Below are positions 1-15,500 of a stretch of DNA of 64,000 bases, one piece after another. The stretch comes from Zancudomyces culisetae HAW-14-8. Taxonomy: Eukaryota; Fungi; Kickxellomycota. Every line of letters begins with the position of its first letter. Position 1 is the stretch's first letter. Position numbers and translations under genes: made by a program. The stretch covers positions 3,410,001-3,474,000 of the forward strand of contig JBNJNM010000011.1 in NCBI GenBank assembly GCA_052426225.1. The letters are read 5' to 3'. The notes beneath the pieces are model-generated. The model made no database searches, was not told where the DNA came from, and worked only from the letters and a program-made list of their open reading frames with translations.

Positions 1-10
1 GATATTTTAC

Positions 11-255
11 TTGGTAAAGCACTCATTCTCTTGTACTTTGGCGTAATTAATACAATGAAAGAAGTTCCAAAGGTAAGATTTACGACTCCTGTATTTACGC
101 GATATTTGGGAATTTTTGGTGCTGTAGCTGATGTTGTAAAATTCGGAGTATTTATCAGGAATTTTGTAAAGTGAAACGACCAGCTTGTCATTGGTGTAAT
201 CGAAACTAAAATATACCAAAATTACGGTTTCACCAGTGTAATTTGAAAATGCAAA
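11..255 (-). CDS. Probable internal exon of an unidentified gene running off the left edge
   Basis: 245-nt stop-free frame (FAFSNYTGETVILVYF...ENECFT). Flanked on the minus strand by TACTAAC (~294-300), a TAG acceptor (256-258) and a GTAAAA donor at 10. No recognisable family, and the upstream exon was not resolved. Confidence 0.35.
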
Positions 256-513
256 CTACAAAAGAAATATTTAGGTTTAATCAATAAATGCAAGTTAGTA
301 TATATTTCATGAAACAGCGATTTTGTAGAGACCTATTTACAGTTTAAAAATATTAGAGTATACTCGGACTAAAATTGTAATATTACAGAGTGTAGTACCA
401 TAGCGGAAATCAGTAGCATTCTGTTGTTTCGGGATTAAACAAACTCAGTAATCGCGTAAAACAAAATTTCGAACCTCAAAGTAGAGTTAACAAAAGTGTG
501 AATAAACAAAAAA

Positions 514-3500
514 ATGAGGACAAACTATCAGGGAGACTTGGTACAGGCTCCAAAGCAGTATGCGAAAAGAAAAAAGAAGAACAAACCTCATGTAGCAAAG
601 ACAGTTGTCTTGAAACGTATATACAATCTTTCCTTTGGTAAAGTGGAAAGAGCTCTTTGGTGCCTCGACAATTTATTGGTGCCTCAAACAATTAAAGAGT
701 TTGAGAAGCTTAATCTTGATGTAGTTGACATAATTTTCAAGGATAAAAAACAAGCATATACAAAAAAAGTTATACTCAAGAGATACGAGGCAAAAAGGCT
801 CGAGGCACTCAAGAAAAGGAGTAAGAATCTGAAAGCCGAGGGAAAAGGAAAGAGATATGACGAAGTTAAAGAGCCATTTGTACAGGAGAATGGTGGTAAG
901 GAAAACGTGGAATCTTTTAAGCACGAAGAGGAGGCTCTCTATGGTAAGCGGAAAAGAAGAAACACAGTGAATGAAATGGATAGTAAGCGAAGTAAAATGG
1001 TGAAGGAATTTGGTGAAGCAGAGATGGTTGGTGAGGAAGAGATGGTTGGTGAAGACATTGCAGAATCGTACCAATATGTGGACAGAGTGATTTCAAGACT
1101 ACCAGTTATATACGATCAGGATACGTCTTTTTATTTTATCGATGATAAGTACAAGTTTGTCTTTGTGATCGACATTAGCGAGAGCATGACTGTGCTGGAT
1201 ATGGTTACTGGGAGTAGATTGCTTGATATTGCATTAGAAACGTAAGTTTTTTTTTGGATTCTTTTTATATATGTGTACGAAGTTAATGTATTCATGACAG
1301 TTGGTGGGAGAGGGGGTTGTAGTGATAAGTATTTTTAGAATGAATAACGATCAAGTATTGTTTTAATTTAATGAAAAAAGTTAATACAATAATGGAAATG
1401 GGAATGAAATTTTTAGGTTGGAAAAATGCTTGAATGGTGTGACACAGCCATACACGTTAGAGCCAAAGGTAGGATTCAAGCCGTTTGGATGTGAACCAAA
1501 GATCATAGCATCTATAGTGGCATATTATCCAACAGAAAAGGCAAGGAGACAGGGACTTGGGAAAAGGTTTAAGGAAAACACACGGTACGAAAGGAGAGAA
1601 ATTCCTTATTTTAGGACACTTGTGCACTCAGAGTACATAGTAGTAGGAAATGTTGGGAAAATAATGGAAAAGGTACTGCAAAATCTGAGTGACTATATAG
1701 AGGAAATAATTGAGCTAAGGGAAAAGAATAGTGACGTAGTAGTGGGGAGTGATGAAAATGAAGGAGGACCAGAGGGACCAGGGAAACCAGGGGATCTAGG
1801 AATTTCAGATGGACTAGAAAAGGCTGTGAAAGAGTCACAAATTTCAGAGTCAATACAATTGGCAGAATATTATCTGGAACTACTGGTGAACACATATCCT
1901 GCTGGAGTGGTACTGATTATGGACGGGGTGGAAAGTTCAGATTTTGATGTGCGCAAGATATTTGAGTCTGTGGGATTTTTTGTGGAGAGTGAGATAAACC
2001 TCACAGTTATACAGGTAGGATCAGGCGGGGGATTTGATCCATCCGTACCCCTTGGATGCGTTGCGGAAAATGGGTTGCTTAGATTCATTGCACAGGCATT
2101 TAGGGGGAAGTTTTTATATGCGACGGACTGTCCAGATGTAGTTGAGCTGGGAAAAATAAACTTTTACCACGATCAGTTCTTAGTTAAGACAATAAAACTA
2201 AGGAATAATTTTACACGAGAGCAAAATAGGCAGGATGCTGTAGGTTTTCCAAGAGCGGGAGATATTTCTCAAGAAAAAGTAAATCCCCAGCCAGGAATTC
2301 CGAGGAGAAATCTCAACAACTGGGCCACATTGTTTCCATGGGACGAAGAATCGGCACCACCAGAGGTAGAAATTGTAGAGGCAAGGTATAGTGACTATCC
2401 CATGCAAATAGGATTGGGGTTGATCGTACAGGCGCGAATCAAGGAAGGGTTTATTTTGACAGATGTGAAAGCGCAACCAATTACGCAAAAAATGGTTCTG
2501 GAGGGACAGGAAACACTTCGTGAGCATAACGTTGGAGAACAGATCCAGACCACTTTGAAACTGTTCTGGTTGCCAAATATAACCATAATATACAAAATAG
2601 TTAGCACAAATATTTTTAATGGAAACGAAGAGATGGAGAGAAAAAGCGAAAACAGAAAAAGAAGGACCCAAGCATTCCAGAATCTTATTAAAATTAATAT
2701 CAGCTCATATAGACGATTTACGCTTTCGTTTTTAGAGTGGACACCATCGGAGCAAGGGAGTGATCAGACCTCGAAAATAGCAAAAGATGTGCATCAATTT
2801 TTGCGAATGCTTGTGGAAAAGGATGAGAAACTAAAAGACATATATTCACCCTCGCTCTTGCCACTCACAGGTGTGTTGGAGAAAAAAATAGAGTTTCCTG
2901 GTGGTGGAACAGCGGTAGAAAACGGGTTGGCAGGGCATAGACGGAAAATATACAGGTATATTGCCGAATGGGCAAGAAGTGATAAGTGTAAGGACGTATT
3001 TAAGCAAATATCGGGGTACCAGGAGCATTCCACGTATTTGATAACTAGTAAAGCTATTAGTGGGCATGAAACCGAGTTTAATTTTAAAAAAATGAGAGAG
3101 TTCGCAAAAAAGTTCTTTAAAGAGCTGGAGTTAGAGGTGCTACATAATGACGGGCCAGGCAAAGATCCTATCAAAGAGTCTGAAACTAGGATAGTTCCAG
3201 ATAAAGGTCCAAGTGATGGACCAGATTCTAGTCATAAGCTTATAGGTCCGGGGATAGGGATGAGTGGAGAGCTTGAAGGCAATGTATATAGAGACTTACC
3301 CGCAAAGCTTGAGGATTTGGTTTTTATAACGGTTGAAGACATTCCACAAATAGCACTTGCGTTTCTACCAGAGGATTTAGCACTTTATCAAGAATCACCG
3401 GCTTTTGTGCTAGTACAATGGGAATACATAACAAACTGGTCAATAAAGATATCCCTGAGTCTGTTCAATGGCGGTATATTTGCAAACAATCGGATTTCGC

Positions 3501-6500
3501 TAGCACTTGTAAGATCGATGCAGTGTTTTTTTCCTACAAGTATTGTAGATAACGAGAGAGCTACAGCTGAGAAAATGGACGAAATGCAGGCCATCGATGC
3601 ATTTGCATTTACAGAGGGGATGTATTTAGATGCTGATACTGGTATTGGGATGGTACGGGAACCACTGTTAACCAAGATAAGCCGACCCATACACTTATTA
3701 GTGAGTCCGCAGATTGTAGGGATGAAAAACATGCGGCGAATATTGGGGAAATTTGAAGATAGTGTGATAACAGATGTTTTTGCCAAGTATCATTTAAAGG
3801 ACTCGTTCTGGGAATTACGGTATGTTGGGCTAAACAAAAACCTGGAAGGAAATCTATCAAAGGTTTCAGGAATACCCACGAGGAATAATGAACACATAGA
3901 CTTACAGTCAAAAGAAGATCAGATCGAAATAGCGCAAACGTTGTATAGGTTTGCGAGGGAGATATGTTATAACAGGCTTGAGCGAGGTTACAACATTTTT
4001 GCTTCGTCTAAAGGTAGTTTTGACTATTTGGAAAAGGAAAGTGGGGAAAAACACAGACTTGATAAGTGGGATGAAGAGAAGGAAGGTTTGGAAGAAGATA
4101 AAGAGGAAAAGAAAGAGGGAGGTAAAGAGGGAGATAAAGGGGGAGATAAAGGGAAAGATAAAGAGAAAGAACAGGAACATGAGGGAGAGGGAAAGCGAGA
4201 GAAAGGTAGGCATGAGTACCAATACAAGTACAAGGGCAAGGGACATGCCGGGAGTACAGCTCAAGAAGACGAGAGCATCAACTACAAGGAAGTGATGAAG
4301 ATCAGAAGGGATCGAAGCAAGGACAAGCACAGATTGGATCCAATATTTGAGGAGGAGAGCGAACAGTTTATAATAAGTTTTTTTAAGGAGAGTTCGGAGA
4401 GCGATGAGACCATATTGACATCGTGTAGGTACACAATACAAGTAGATTTGGAAAATTCGTGCATAAGGACATACGCATGTATAGAACCATTTTCTATTTT
4501 ATCTTTACAAAGACTGTTTACTGAAGATGTATCTATCCAGGTTCCTATGGCTAGTTTTCAGCAGATTCTCCAACCCAATCGGAAGTCCTATTTCATACCA
4601 CCAAATATTCCTGGCATTTTCCACTTTGTAAGCATGTTTGCACCCACTTCTATTCTTCCAATGTCCAGGTTCCAACTTAGACTCGTGTATTTACCAAAAT
4701 TACTGAAGGAGGGAAGGAGTAATAGTGTTCATTTTGATGGAAGAGATAATGGTGATGATGTTGATAGAGATTTGGTTGATGCGGAGAATGAAAAGGTATT
4801 TCGATTGGCACAACACCTACATCTGGGACATTCTGAGGTTCACTATCCCCAAGCATATTATTTAAGGTATATCCTTAACAAAGTTGGAGCGATAGTTTTA
4901 AATACAATTGGTGTGGGAAATAAATCAAAGGAAAGTGGGCTAGAAAAAAATCAGTCTAGGAGTAGCAATATCGCATATAAAGGATTAAACCATTCGAGTC
5001 AGGCATCAGAATCGGGAAAGTATAGGAGTAGCCGTGAGATTGGGGTTTCGGCTAGGAGAAATATAAACAATACAGGAAGCAGCAACGTCTCTGCTGCTGA
5101 GCATTACTCTGTTGATATTGGACAACCAAGCCAGGAGACAGGAAGGAGTGCGGTCAAGAAGGACAGAGAAGCAGGCGAGAGACCATGGAGCAGGAGAGTG
5201 ATGAGTGGATTCGACCCACATGCTCGTATCGACAAAACAGTGTCGCAACCTCCAGGGCTTTGTGGCGAGTTAAGTCAGCAGAGGAGTGGGCAGATCCACA
5301 AACCCGCGAGTGCACGGGGTAAACAAGCAAATCAACCTACTGCTGACTCTAACGACTACGGTTCAGTGGGTAATTTGGTGGAAGGGGATGTGTATAGATC
5401 GCTAAATTCATCGAATTTGTCAGTAGGCTATAAATTTGGTGGAAACGATGAGGGAAAACGAGAAAAAAGCGTTTATGGAGAGACAGAAAGTATCAAACAG
5501 CAACATCATCAGTTACAACCAACGGTGATGATCACAAGTGTTAGTAACCAGGATCAGTCAGTGACCGGAGATAGTATTGGTGGCGATAGAGGAGGAGGAG
5601 TAGGTGGTGGTGGTGGTAGAGAGATTGGCGAGAATGCACAGCCGAGAAGCGAGATGCAGGTGGAAAAAGCAATTTATATAATTGAAAAATCGGATTTAGT
5701 GGAAATGAATATGGATCCAAGCTTTTATACGGAGGTTGGGTTAAATCCAATTCGGCATTACATGCAATATGAAAAAAACCCCTTAATTTCCCGGGTAGTA
5801 CAGAGTTATTATGAAAAAAGAACCAGCATAGAGACACCAACCAGTGAACTAAGCGAAAGCGAGGATGGATATCCAGACATAGACCCGGTAAAACAGCATG
5901 AACATCCACTACTGAATTTGGCATATGATTTGGAGGCCAGCAATGATGTTGCAGCTGTTGCATATCGTACTTTCTTGGAATACTCACTATTTGAGTATAG
6001 TGATGCTATTGTGGTTTTGAAAGAAAATTTCTACCAATTACAAATCTCTGGAAGAATAATGGAACAGCTACTTGAGTTTGACAGCCAAATTATAGCCTCA
6101 CCCTATGTACCAAGTCAAGCTTCTGTAGAAAACCCAGTTTTGGATAAATGGTATGTGAAAAGACTGGAAAACAAAAACTCGTTTTTGTTTATTACATTTC
6201 CCAACATCACTACATGTACCAGATATAAAGAACTTATGGCAGATGATGCAGAGTCCTCGCCGATCACAAACACTCGCCGCTCTTCAAGGATGGGAGCAGA
6301 TACTGGAGAAGAAGACGTCAGTGAAGAATACGACAGTGAAGAGGAAGAAAGCGGAGAGGAGGAAAGCGAAGAGAAAAAAAGTAAAATAAAAGAGGGTAAA
6401 GAGGAGGGGGTTGAGGGCCATCGAGTGAGAAAAGAAGAGCAAATATCCACAAGCAATCGCAAGAGCTTGGATGCTTCTAATGGTCTTTTGCATGATGTGC

Positions 6501-9500
6501 TGTTGATGAACATAGACAACAATTTGCAAAGTAGGGAGACTGGGCCTTCCAATGGGATTTTTAGCAAAAGTGCTCATAACTTTAGCGGAAAAATTGAGAA
6601 TAACAATAGAAGTTCCGGCTACAACGAGCATGATAAATATCGCTACTCACAAAACTATGTCCTAGCCTTTGAATGCAGTGTTGAGGGAGAGGATCTTCGC
6701 AGGAAAAGCAAGAATTTACTTCGAGGAAATCCCAGTATGAATAAAAAGTTTGGAGAGGGTCTCAACCCGGCTACCACCAATATGCCCAAAATTCATGTTG
6801 ACAAAAAGCTGGAAAGCTTTTGTGCTGCTAGCGGCAACAGCGGCCAAAAGACAGACATCGGCTATGCCTTTAGTGGAGGAATAATGGCAAACTCTCTTGA
6901 TATGATTCCCGACTTTTCAGCAGAGGCTATTCAGCAATTAAAGTTGATGGAGCTTTTGTACAAGAAAGCTCATGCCCAATCTGTGTTTTTGGCGTTACTC
7001 TTGAATGAGAAAAACAGTACCAACAAATACAAAGTAAACATTGATGACTTGAGAACCACGAGTAATGACATTTTCACGACAAAGACATTGGATATTGATG
7101 TTACGATGTTTTTAATAAGCTGGGAAATCCGTAAGTTGGAAAGAGGGTACAGAAAAGATGTCAAAGTTGCTCAAGATAACGGAAAAAATGTAATGAAAGT
7201 TCTCAATGACTATTTCCAGCCAGTTAGAACATACTCAGAAAACCAAAATGGTGAAGATTCTGTGGTAGGCATAAATGCTGAGTTTGAAGAGACCAGTGAA
7301 AATGACAGCGAAGTGGATGTGAATGAACGGTCTAGAGTTCTTGAGCAGTTGGGCAGGATGTTTTACTCGCATCCCAAAGAATCCAAGGAATGGACTAAAA
7401 AGCAGCTTGTAGAGTATGCAATGGATCCTCTATATGTGACTATGAAGTATCACATAGAATTAAAAGGAGAGGCCCTAGTGCACGAAAACCACCTAAATGG
7501 TGTATATGACCCAAAAAAATACAAAAATACTTGGACAGTATCATTTTCGGATCCCGAATATATCAAAGGCAAAGGATCCAAGCTTTTGATGACCATTGAT
7601 TCATTGTTTAGAAAGGCAGGAATTATATGGCGACCATACATGTCATCCGGAGCCAGAAAAAGTCGTGACCAAGCATGGAAAGTGGATAAACTGATATCAC
7701 ATATTAACGATTTCAAGGTGTATTTAAATATTGAGTGCAAGTGCTTCAGGGATGAGATTAGAGCGCTCGGCTCTAACAGTATATTCTCTCCAATCGGGAA
7801 TAAGACCGGTCGTACCAAAAATAGAAGTGCAGATGTCTCGAGTCATAGTAAGAGATATCCGGCAGCAACTAATTTCAAAAACAACGCCATCATAAACAGC
7901 TTTTGTACGTTACAGGCGAAACAACTCGGGATGGTCTGTTCTGCTATAAAATATAATATTTACCACGTCACGTTGAATAACTTGCAGGGTGCAATCCAAC
8001 CAGGCAATGCCAATAATTCTGTTTTGTTGGACGCGGTTTGGAGATCGATTGCGATATCATATAACTTGAATGCTACCAACTCTGCGTCAAGTACTTATTT
8101 TTATGGTTCCTTTTACCTACACAAATACAATTTACACCTGAGACGCCTAATGGAGCAAGTGGATGATGAAAGCAGCGGTGACTTTAATCAATTGGAGAGT
8201 AACGATTATCAGCATAACAGTAAAATTTTTAATTCAGTAGCAAAAATCAGAGGGATACAGACAGGCAAAGTGAGTACAGCCACTGCTAATGAGTTGAAAT
8301 ACAAAAAGCTAGGAAGAGAAAATAATGGAAATGGCAAATTTTTAGCAAAAAAGCTGGATAAAGCGATGGAGTGTTTTGTAACCGAGTTACTGGAATGTCA
8401 AAAAAGACTAAAGCTCAAAATAATACCAGTTGGAGAGTATTTAGTAGTTGAAAACATAAATGAGATTGTTTCGGAATTTGTAGGTGATGAATTAAGAAAT
8501 AGTAAACACAAACGGACACAGACACAGACACAGACACAGACACAGACACAGACACAGACACAGACACAGAGGCAGGAACAAACAGGAAACTCAATAGTTA
8601 ACCGTAAAGGTCCAAATGGATGGTTTTTATTGAAACTAAACAAACGTAAAAACACAATTTCGCTAGTTTCGCATTTGTACTATGTCGATGCAGTCGAGCT
8701 TGACCATTTAGCAGAGAAATTCAATGATAAAATTCGTTCAATCGCAGATCGAATGATCAGTGATGCACTAAAGTCAACGACTGCGAGAATTCTGCTAAAT
8801 AAATTGTACACTACACGCATCTGTTCTGATCTATTATTTTCTGACGATAAAGCTGATGACCACGAGAAAGCATCATTTCCAACCAGCAAATATCCAAGAT
8901 TGGGGCTTTTTTCAAAACCCAATGCAATAGTTTCCGGGCTAAGTGGAGGTGTATACACAGCCTTTGACAACGATGACCGTAACTTTAAAGGAAACACTAG
9001 AGAGGAAATGGCAAGCATACTACGAGGCACTGTCATCAATCAAAAAGATAAAAAAGGCTACTATGGCTGCAAAGAAAAGTTTTCGGTGGCATTTCCAGTG
9101 CACCCCAGGGTAAATACAAGCACGGCACTGCATGTAGTAAGTACGTCGCGGATCAGCAATAATCGAGTTGACAACCGCAGCAACTACTATGTGTTCCGGT
9201 ATAATGGTTCTGTGTTTTATGCAAGGCTTTCAACGTTTGATTTGAGCAGTACAAATCCCAAGGCCAATTCTTTTGAAGATCTTATAGCACGACCTGTAAG
9301 CCTTCCTGATGATAGCTTTTCTAGCAAACGAAAACAAAATATAGCCAACGCAAACAAGAGCAGTAGTATGAAAAGCGTGGTTGAGTATATGACGCAAGGA
9401 GTGGGTGATGAATCGTTGAACAGCCAATCACATCCTGGGGCCAAGCTAGGAACGTTTCCAGTTCTGGAAAACAACGATATGTTTTTGAATAGTAAGAGTT

Positions 9501-12500
9501 TTAGTGGCAAGAGTATAATAGAACTTCGACAGAACAAGATTACTAGAAGAAAAACGATGCCATCTTACACGCGGTTTTCGCCAAAGGAAAAAATCAATGT
9601 TGATAGACCCGAAAATCCAGTCATACAAAGTGTATCGGCGGTGATGCTGGGTGCAAGACGATCAATGACCACTGATAGAGATAGAAAGCCGCCAACACCG
9701 ACAATAACTTCAAATATTAAAAATTATATTGTGCTACAGTTTTACGGGATGGGCCACCCATCTAAAAAAATTACACAAGAGCTAGTGGAATATATATCGA
9801 CGCACTTGTCTTACCATGCAGTATTGCCTGTATTGAGTTTGCATTTGGAGAGAAACTCGCGAATGACAAACGATGATCTAGGATTTATTTTTGATGTTAA
9901 GAATAACAAGCCGATAACGATATATCTACCATTAATAAGTTTTTCATCGATATTTAAAGATGTCCATTGCTTTTCCAAAAGCCTTGATGATGACGCCTTC
10001 AATTCTACGCTGGTTCATATCTTCAAAACTAGTATAAATCAGATTATGAATTTTCCGATTTTGGTGCATTTACAAAACCAGGCCAAGACCCTGATTGGTA
10101 GGCAGCTGGAGCTTAACTACCTGCCTATTTTAAAACAAACGCTCCCAAAGCTCCAACAAATGAAAATTTTTAAAAATAGCAACAAGAGTGCAGCTGTTGA
10201 CAGGGAAGCGCTAGAAAGACACCAGCGACTAGATTTGGCCAAGTCAGGGTTACTGGCCAGCTATACTTATTTGTACAATTGCAATCCACACCTTACTACC
10301 ATTTCTAGTGCAACATCAACACCATCAGCAACTTTAACACCCACTCCACAAGCAGCTCCCTCATCACTAACCGCCTCGTCGATGAATCATATAGGCAATT
10401 CTAGTAATATTAATGGTATCTCATCAGATGTTCAGACAAACATTACACCCAACGCTGGGTTTGGCCAGGGAATCTCTGTGTTACAAGTAACACCACTGGA
10501 TGTTAATTACAATATCGACTGGGAGGCTATGAACCCCAGCAACTCAATTTGCGCAAATGATGACGCTTTAGATGACAGCCAACAATTTTCCGCATTGGGC
10601 GCGAATTTCGAGAAGGTTATTGACCAGGTGAAGCTTATCTTTGATATTATCGAAAACTACATCGGTCACATGCCCAGCTTTATAGCTGAACAGAAGGGTA
10701 TTGTTGATGAACATGTGACTACACCGAATGGGAATAGCAAGGATATCGTACTAACGGGAATGATAGGCGTCACGCTATGGAGTATTGGCCATATCAACGA
10801 GGTTTCAATTATGAAGCAAGTAATCGATATTTACAAGCAGAGTATAATTGAACTCTTCATGGAAAGCATTGTTTCGCCCATTTTAAAATCACCAAGGTTT
10901 TCAAAGCGATTTCTTTGCAGTAAACGACATGATACAGTTCCAAACGACTTTATGGGATTAATATATCAACTTAGTATGGTATTTAGTAATCGAAGATACA
11001 GTATAAACACAGCAGAGATACATTACAAAGCATCTACCGCTAACATCAAAAGCCTTACAAGAAATTTTGAGTCTCTATTGAAAACATCATCATCAACTAT
11101 TGATGAACTAAACGTATATCCAATATTTTATGATCTGGAGGGTGATACAAAGGAAAAGGAAAAGGAAAAGGAAAAGCGAAGAGCATGGAGACGACAAATT
11201 CTCGACAAGCTTGGTGCTGTGGAATTGAAAACAGGCCATAGCGAACCAAAACGAGTTGTCGAAAAAATAAAAAATGGCGCGTCTTTGCTTGTAGGAATTA
11301 CGTGGTATACCCTAAAATCCAATACTGATGGTAATATGTCTTCCTCATCTTCTTCGTCGTCATCTTCTGTATCATCTTCGTCTCGTTCGTATCCTAATCT
11401 TAACAGAGCGTCCAAGAAGAACAACCTGGATCATCGGTTTTATAAGGGAAGAGTTGTTACACGAGCTGATACTGCAATGTCAACAAGCCTGGATTTGGCT
11501 GCACTTATGTACAATGTTGGTGAAGAACACAAATACAGGGCTAAAAACAAGGGATATTTTAAATCAAGTAAAGCTGAGCAAGCTTATAGACGAATTAAGA
11601 AGGAGGCTTCAAAATCGAAATATCCATATCACGAATTTATTAATGCAAGTAGACTTGACATTAAATTTCCCAGGGGCATGGTGAATGACAATAAAAAGGG
11701 GGTCAATCCATCGATTTCGTATTATGGAGTCCCCAAGTTTATATGTAAAAGTGAATTGTGTAAGCCTGTAATGAGGCATGTATTGCTGACGGTTCAAATT
11801 ACTCGTGATACAGTTCGGATTTTAGGGTATAATGTTAACCCATGGTATTTTGAAACATTAAAACGAGCAATTGGTTACAAACTTAAAATTGAACAACTTC
11901 GGTACGAGGCAAACAGTATAATGACCCTGCATCAGTCGGGCCATTTTGAGGGTGCAAAACGCAGTTTGGCTCGATTTTTAGATGAACACAGGGATTTTCT
12001 TAGCGCAAACGGCGGAGTGGATGAACAGGCTGCTATTATACAGTTACCAGATAAGTTGGATTTCTGGATGGACTCGGATTTAATTCGAGATTTAATCAAT
12101 CACTATGACGAATCAGAAAATTTGGTTCTAGGAAACCAAGTACAGCGTTTACGCACAAGTGTGTATCACGAGCTACTCTTAGACAAGGACAATGTAACTT
12201 TCAAAAAGGCGCATCACCAACACCTTCAGTGGGCAAGGCAAATGGCATACGTCGATTATACTTTACCTCATATGCCGTTTTCTGTCGGAGATATACTGTT
12301 TGATACGGCATCGCGACTCATTAGAACATACGACTCGCGATTACAGCTGGTGTTATGGTTGACAAAGTTAGGAACGATAGCAGATTACTGGTATTACCTG
12401 TGTGTTGATCAATCGCGGTTGAACCAACGGTATAGAGAAATCTCTGCTCTGGATATCTACGAACTACTGAGCAAATCGCGTGTGTTGTATTCAATAACTG

Positions 12501-15500
12501 CACCTTTTTATCTCACTAAGGCGTTACAACCAAAGACATATAGTATTGAAGGGATAAATAAATATTTCAAGGTGCTCAGTTTTATTCTCAGAAACTTTGC
12601 GCAAGAGTACGTAAACTATTTGCGATGTATTGGAATGTACGAAGTGGAACGGATTGAGCGGAGGGTAGCTGTGACTAGTGAGAGTGGCGAGCTGACCAGT
12701 ATGTTTGGATTTCCAAAGTGGATTAAAAACAAAATTATGGTCGACAACCTAAACAATAAAGGGGCTAAGCTGGATTCGATTAGTGTTTATGATTTGTTTT
12801 TAACATTCCCTACAATACAACGGTCATTTGTGTTGATAAAAGTCAAAGTAGAGCCAAACATGCTTAACTTGAAGGTATATGGACTGAGCGATAACCTATC
12901 CAATTTGGCGACTACTGTTCCTGGTTATACCAAACCAACTGTTTCAACTGCTGAATTAAAACAGTTAGCTTATCACCTTGGTCAAATGATTAAGTTGCTT
13001 CAGATAAAATCGTTTAGTTATGATTATCAACTAAGGTGTTATATCGAGCTGGCAAGGCTATTATCCACTTCATACATTGCATCCAATATTCAGCCTACCA
13101 ACACTGCTGGCCAAACTCAAACTCAAACTCAAACTCAAACTCAAACTCAAACTCAACCTCAAACTCAAACTCAACCTCAACCTCAATCTCAACCTCAACC
13201 TCAATCTCAAACCCAAACTCAAAACCAAAACCAAACTTCTTCATCCGACGAGGACGGAAGAAGTGCAACACACCCTGGCGGAACCAATATAGACTTTACA
13301 GTGAATTTACTGGTAGTAATGTCATTACTGGGAAAGATTCCTTACTATTCAGTACAATACTCCTCTCGAAAACTCGTCAAAATGATATTCCCACTGATTG
13401 ATGACGAAAAAGATAGCGACAAGTCTTTGTTGGATCCGAAATGCTATAACCACCTCTTTGGAAAGAGTGTGGTGGAGTATTTGATTCATAACTGCCGGGC
13501 TTATGGATATCATTCCTCAGCTAAGCAATCAGCGTCACAAACAGTTGGAAACAGCATTATTTACAAAAATTTTGATGACAAACGTCATGTCGAGATGTTT
13601 ACAATTATTTGTGAATGTTACTATTGTGCACTCTCTAAAATGAATTTAGACAGGAAAAATGACAAGGTTCCCCATAGTAACGGCTCTTCTATGTATAATT
13701 TGGGCTGTTACGCTATTGAAGATACGGATCCTGATACCACAGATTGGATGAAATCAGTAAGACGCCAAGCCAGTGAATCAAACACCCATTCCAAACACGA
13801 CCCCATTTTTGCCGTTGGTTCTTATAAACTAACCGAATCTGAAAAGACAAGGAATTGGACAGTATTCAGTGTATCGTCGTTTAACGAATCTTCTACCCCG
13901 ATGACAGCAAATTCTAACCACGAAGCCAATGGCGCAAATCTCGATATCGATCCCAGCAGTGGTGTCAACGACCCAATAAGCAGGATGGCATGGATAGATA
14001 TGTTTGATTGGCAGTTGAAAGCTGTAGAATGGGTCAGAAATCCAGCTTCGTTGAATTATTCGGCCGGCATCAACGAATCTAGCCTCACTTCTGATCATTC
14101 CTGGGTGACAACGACCATGAAAGATCTACTTACAGCCGCCCAGTTTGACTACATTCGCGAATGCTTATGGGATGATTATTATGCACTACTGTCGCTGAAA
14201 TCGGGCTTTAACCACTACCTACTATCCTTGGTTCAATATCTTGAGTTCATTCCTGACTCCACTTCTGTATACAACGACGGTTTCAAGTTTAATTACATGG
14301 ATACAAATACCTTGAGGGCCCTGTTAGGCTATCATCAATCCTTGTTTCTTGCAAATTCCGTGCGACCATCCATTGGGCAAAAGTCCACTCTAAGCCCCTT
14401 GTCCACTAATACAATCGACTCTTGTGGTTTTTCTACTTCATCAATGATTCAAAGCCCCACGTTGCAATATCTCTCAAAAGTTAGAAAACTATCCAACCTT
14501 TCCACAACCTCGTTTGGGGACAACTACTCGTCCTCAAGCCACGTTGAAACACCATATAAAAGACCCTCGATAGCTAGTACTCATCTACAAGTCCCAAAAA
14601 CAAACTTTTATGGTCCCCAGCAATTACCATCTCCGTCTAATGTCGAAGGAAGTTTGCCAACAAAAAACATTACCTTGAATTCTATAGCTGTTGTGAAACC
14701 TTCTCCACGAAATAAGACTAGTTTATTTAGTGATGCGGAAGGTCCAGCCCCCAATAGTTTCTTGAAGGCCAGAAAAAAATACCTATCTCACAAAGCAAAC
14801 ACAAAATCCCTAACTATTAACCCACCTCTTTCTATTACGACCCATAAAAAAAAATCGCTAAGCAATATAATTGTGAAAAACAACGCTAAAACTGTTGCCA
14901 TGTCTACCAACACCGGATTCCCAGCATACTTCAAGCCGTCTCTAAAAAGATGTTGGGTTTGCAAATCACATTTGAAATACTTTATTAAAATCAAAGCTGC
15001 TCCAAAGAGCCCTGTTACTTCTCATGTTTACAAAAAGAACAGTCCGGCGGATTCAGGTTCTAAATCAGCCGCCGCAATGTATCCAAGAGGATCGTATTAT
15101 GAATTTGGTCTTGGATACTTGCTATTGAATATCAACTATAACCCAAAAATTGTTCGAGCGCGCTCTTTTAATTTCATAACTAATATTACCTGTCACACTG
15201 ATTTGTTGAAAAACGAATGGCTGAAATCCCAAACGCCTCAACCAGGGTCTACCATTTTTACACCTGATGACAAGCTCAATAACAACCTGACTAGGCTAAT
15301 ACTGCTAAATCCATTCAGTGAAAACTATCTTGTCATTCTCTGGCTAACACAGATTAACCCCTCGTCTCTACCAGAATCGCCTCTTGTATCGCGTAGTAGC
15401 TCGTCTGGTGTTGCTGGTAGTAAGGTTGCGAAATTGTTGGTCAGCTCTGATGAATCTGCGTTGGATAGATTGTGTGACTTGTATTTTGAAAACCCTGGTA

